From the NCBI GenBank assembly GCA_007117735.1, contig SKGA01000030.1, forward strand, positions 1-45,121: a stretch of 45,121 nucleotides of DNA. The letters are read 5' to 3'. The translations under genes and the position numbers were made by a program. The stretch is from Candidatus Woesearchaeota archaeon (lineage in GTDB: Archaea > Nanobdellota > Nanobdellia > Woesearchaeales > SKGA01). How positions within the stretch are numbered: the first letter of the stretch is position 1; every line of letters begins with the position of its first letter. The notes under the pieces are model-generated. The model was not told the origin of the DNA, ran no database searches, and saw only the letters and a program-made list of their open reading frames with translations. This document shows positions 42,070-45,121 of the stretch, piece by piece.

Positions 42070-43595
42070 TATGATTTAACCTTATCTTTTTGACGTTGCT
42101 CTTCTAACAATCTTCGATACTCGGCAACAGATTTTGTATCAGGAATGGTTGAAAAGTTTAAGAGTTTCACTTCACGAGTTTTCAAACTCACACAAAAAGC
42201 TCTGCCCGGCTGTGGTTCTAAACCACGCTTTTCTTGATCTTCAGTAATTGCTGTCCAACTTGAACTTTGAATACAAGTAATATTTCTATACTGGGTTGTC
42301 TGAGCTCGATGAATATGACCTGAAACAAAAATATCAGGAATAGGATCGATTAATAAGGCATCCTCAACAGGATCAGGAATATATAATGAAGAACCATGAG
42401 ACGGTGCAAGATGTCTTTTTTGTAATAAGAATTTCATAATTTCATCGCTTGCTTTCTGACCACCTTTTTCACGAATACTAGGAATAGCATCAGCATAATA
42501 AACCAAAGAATAACCATGATACAATAAAACATTAATACCTGGAAAATCTTCAGTTTTATCAAGAGCAACAACAGAAGGGTTTGAAACCATAATTACATTT
42601 TCCATCTCCCATAAATCTTTTGCATATTCTTTTGGAAGAGGAAGTTGAGGCTCCGCAATTCGACCAACATCATGATTTCCAGCACAAATAATGATTTTAA
42701 TATGAGAAGGAATTTTTTTCAAATATAAAGCAGATAATTCATATTGTTTATAGACACTTATTACGCTTAAATCATTTTCTTGACCAGGATAAATACCAGC
42801 ACCTTCAATAATATCACCAGGAATAACAACATATTTTACTTTCTTTGCCATTTCTCGTTGCTTGAGTGAACCTAATTTGCCATTCAGCCACAACAATAAA
42901 CGTTGAAATTCTTTTTTTAAAAATTCTTTAGAACCAAAATGAATATCTCCAAAAAAAACAACGTAATGATCATACGGAGATTTTCTTAATTCTTTGTTAA
43001 GAGGAATATCTGGAAAAATAATTGTATTTGCAAAAACAATTTCTCCACCACTAGAACCAACAATACCAATAGTTTCATCTAAAACAATATCTTTAGCGAT
43101 GGCTAATAAATCTTTATTATCATTATGAATAAGAACTTTAATCGTCCCACTTAAATCTTCTAGTGTAAGAATAATGTGTTTGTTTTTTGTTTCTTGAACA
43201 TCAAGAACCATACCAATAAGAGAAACAGTTTCTCGCTCTTTTTTAGAACGAATCCGCGCAATACTAGATAAACCTTGTAATTCAGATCTATTTTTTAACA
43301 TTCCTTCAAGATGTTTAAAACGAACTGTAAAATGTTTGACAAAATCTTGAATTGTTCTTTTTGAAGGAGTTTTTTCAAAACTTTTTATGATTTCAACAGA
43401 ACCTTTTGATTCTGATTTAAAATGTTGAACAAAAAAGGAAGTAGTAGAAAGGTCAGGAAAGTTCTTCTTGAAAAAAACTTTCAAAGCCTCTTCTTGCTGA
43501 GGAGACTCTAAAACTTCTCGAATTTCTTGTTCAATATCTTCATCAACAAATTCATGATTATCGACAAGAAAATTAGTTACCGTTGTAATATCCAT
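42069..43595 (-). CDS. polB: DNA polymerase II (PolD) small subunit DP1 (Mre11-like phosphoesterase / proofreading exonuclease)
   Basis: Contains FFGDIHFGSK, IPGDIIEGAG, CAGNHD, YHGYS and SGHIHR, with an OB-fold region upstream. The ATG directly abuts the cdc6 stop. Confidence 0.9.
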   Translation of the reverse strand: MDITTVTNFLVDNHEFVDEDIEQEIREVLESPQQEEALKVFFKKNFPDLSTTSFFVQHFKSESKGSVEIIKSFEKTPSKRTIQDFVKHFTVRFKHLEGMLKNRSELQGLSSIARIRSKKERETVSLIGMVLDVQETKNKHIILTLEDLSGTIKVLIHNDNKDLLAIAKDIVLDETIGIVGSSGGEIVFANTIIFPDIPLNKELRKSPYDHYVVFFGDIHFGSKEFLKKEFQRLLLWLNGKLGSLKQREMAKKVKYVVIPGDIIEGAGIYPGQENDLSVISVYKQYELSALYLKKIPSHIKIIICAGNHDVGRIAEPQLPLPKEYAKDLWEMENVIMVSNPSVVALDKTEDFPGINVLLYHGYSLVYYADAIPSIREKGGQKASDEIMKFLLQKRHLAPSHGSSLYIPDPVEDALLIDPIPDIFVSGHIHRAQTTQYRNITCIQSSSWTAITEDQEKRGLEPQPGRAFCVSLKTREVKLLNFSTIPDTKSVAEYRRLLEEQRQKDKVKS

Positions 43596-44825
43596 TTAAT
43601 TATCCACACCTAATTCTTGAGCTAAAATAAGGAATACTTTATCAAGTAAATGAGAAGGGATTGCTAAATGAATCTCTCGAGTTCTTCCAAAACGACCTTT
43701 AGAAATTACTTTTGCATTAATTAAACCAAGCATGTCTAATTCTGCAATAATATCTGAAATTCTTCTTTGAGTAATAGGACGTAAACCCATCTCAGAACAA
43801 CGTTCTTTGTAAATATCATAAACATCACCAGTAAAGATAGCTCGTTTTTTATTCTTGACTTTTTGATTATTTAATAAAGAGAATACTGCAAATAAGACTG
43901 CTTGAAATTGTTTAGGTTGGGTTTTAACAACATCAACAATACGTTCACGCTCAATTTTCTCTTCAGCTAAATCAATATGCTTAATCATTACTTTTTCATC
44001 TTTTGTACGTTCAGCAAGCTCACCCGCAACCCTTAATAAGTCAATAGCTCGACGTGCATCACCATGCTCTCTTGCAGCATAAGCAGAACATTTAGGAATA
44101 ACACCATCATCAATTTTTCCAGGTTTAAAAGCCTGTTCGCATCGTTTCCTTAAAATATCTTGAATTTGAAGAGCATTATATGGATGAAATAATACTTCTT
44201 CCTCACTTAAACTACTTTTTACTCGAGGATCAATATGGTTTGCAAACATTAAATCGTTACTAATACCAATAATAGAAATTTGAGCTTGTTTTAATTCACT
44301 ATTAATTCGTGTGAGATTGTAAATAATTTCATCGCCAGTTTTCTTAATTAATTGGTCAATTTCATCAAGAACAAGAATAAGAAGTTGCTCTGATTCATCA
44401 AGAGCTTGGTAAAAAATATTGTATACTTCATCCGTTGGAAGACCTGTTGCAGGAATAGTTTTTCCTAAATTTCTTGCGATTTCTGCAATAAGACGATATT
44501 CTGTATCTGCAACTTTTTTTAATTTACAATTAATGTACATTATTTTGATAGGAATGTCATTTTCTTTTGCAACTTCTGAAATTTGTTCAGTCGTATATTT
44601 TACCGATAAGGTTTTTCCTGTGCCTGTTTTTCCATATATAAAAAGATTTGATGGTTTTTCTAATTTTAAACTTGGAGCGAGAATTTCTGCAATTTGGTTA
44701 ATATGTTCATCACGATGTGCTATTTGATCTGGTACGAAAGATACTTGCATTGCCTTCTTATTCGCGAAAATTGATTCTTGTGCTAAAAATGATTTAAAAA
44801 ATCCCCCTAAACTTTTACTTGCCAT
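43596..44825 (-). CDS. cdc6: Orc1/Cdc6 replication initiator
   Basis: Contains YGKTGTGKT (Walker A), LVLDEIDQL (Walker B), sensor motifs and a C-terminal winged helix. The ATG at 44825 lies 28 nt downstream of a TATA-like run; the tracked start is a TTG at 44843. Confidence 0.9.
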   Translation of the reverse strand: MASKSLGGFFKSFLAQESIFANKKAMQVSFVPDQIAHRDEHINQIAEILAPSLKLEKPSNLFIYGKTGTGKTLSVKYTTEQISEVAKENDIPIKIMYINCKLKKVADTEYRLIAEIARNLGKTIPATGLPTDEVYNIFYQALDESEQLLILVLDEIDQLIKKTGDEIIYNLTRINSELKQAQISIIGISNDLMFANHIDPRVKSSLSEEEVLFHPYNALQIQDILRKRCEQAFKPGKIDDGVIPKCSAYAAREHGDARRAIDLLRVAGELAERTKDEKVMIKHIDLAEEKIERERIVDVVKTQPKQFQAVLFAVFSLLNNQKVKNKKRAIFTGDVYDIYKERCSEMGLRPITQRRISDIIAELDMLGLINAKVISKGRFGRTREIHLAIPSHLLDKVFLILAQELGVDN

Positions 44826-45121
44826 ATATTCCAGAAGAAACAAAGGTTTTAAAAATAAATTGCGTGTGGAACTATAGTAATTAAAACATATATATTGGAA
44901 AGACTATATTTAGAGCGAATAGATGTGACACCTTAATTTCCTTTAGAGATTGTAATTAAAATAAAAAAGATAAGGGTTTGAAAAAAATAATATGTATACA
45001 TAAACTAATAATTGTTTAAAATATGTTGATTTACTATATCGACTACATAAGTAAATTCAATTACAAAATAAAAAGTGTTACATATACATTAAAATAAATA
45101 ATTTATAATATATAATATACA
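44826..45121. other. Putative replication origin region (oriC), truncated by window end
   Basis: A 296-nt non-coding, extremely AT-rich stretch immediately upstream of cdc6. It contains GGAA-type repeats (GTGTGGAAC 44864-72, TTGGAAAG 44895-902, inverted GGAAA at 44937-41) followed by near-pure A/T runs. Confidence 0.5.

Noticed and set aside
1-45121. CRISPR arrays, cas genes, restriction-modification systems, toxin-antitoxin pairs, transposases, integrases or prophage genes.
   Set aside because: I found no spaced direct repeats and no recognisable signature motifs for any of these on either strand. The window reads as a core chromosomal region, so I do not claim a defence or mobile system.

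Overview
Visibly AT-rich, very tightly packed archaeal chromosome segment with about 65 genes in 45 kb and many 1-26 nt stop/start overlaps. I did not compute GC content.

Gene content is almost entirely core information processing:
- PCNA, an RNase J-like nuclease and an intron-containing tRNA-Leu.
- ScpB, GyrA, RadB, RadA and pelota.
- The complete archaeal ribosomal-protein supercluster, in the order uL3 ... uL15-SecY-DUF106-eL34-eL14. This includes uL29, which is missing from the ORF track.
- A fused PriS-PriL primase, Hef, both PolD subunits, aIF2-beta and Orc1/Cdc6.
- A very AT-rich non-coding stretch next to Orc1/Cdc6 that is probably the replication origin. It is cut by the window end.

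Three things suggest a reduced-genome DPANN-type archaeon (Nanoarchaeota/Woesearchaeales-like): the fused primase, the absence of adk and cmk from their conserved slots around secY, and the many small lineage-specific ORFs. That placement is inference, not proof.

Two translation-initiation modes are visible. Internal operon genes carry AGGTGAT-type Shine-Dalgarno sites. First genes have a TATA box 27-31 nt upstream of the ATG, which suggests leaderless mRNAs.

I see no CRISPR array, transposase, integrase, toxin-antitoxin pair or recognisable defence module. There is no classic accessory island here and I do not claim one.

The observations most worth a second look:
1. An ArmA/Rmt (FmrO)-like 16S rRNA methyltransferase overlapping pelota.
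2. Three perfect 7-3-7 palindromes in front of a small winged-helix protein.
3. A PC4-like small ORF coupled to radA.
4. A trio of coupled coiled-coil genes divergent from a surface glycoprotein.
5. The fused primase.
6. An unknown 160-aa ORF coupled to PolD DP1 in the cdc6 operon.
7. An unannotated 48-aa zinc-ribbon gene.

All functional calls rest on motif recognition by eye; no database search was run.
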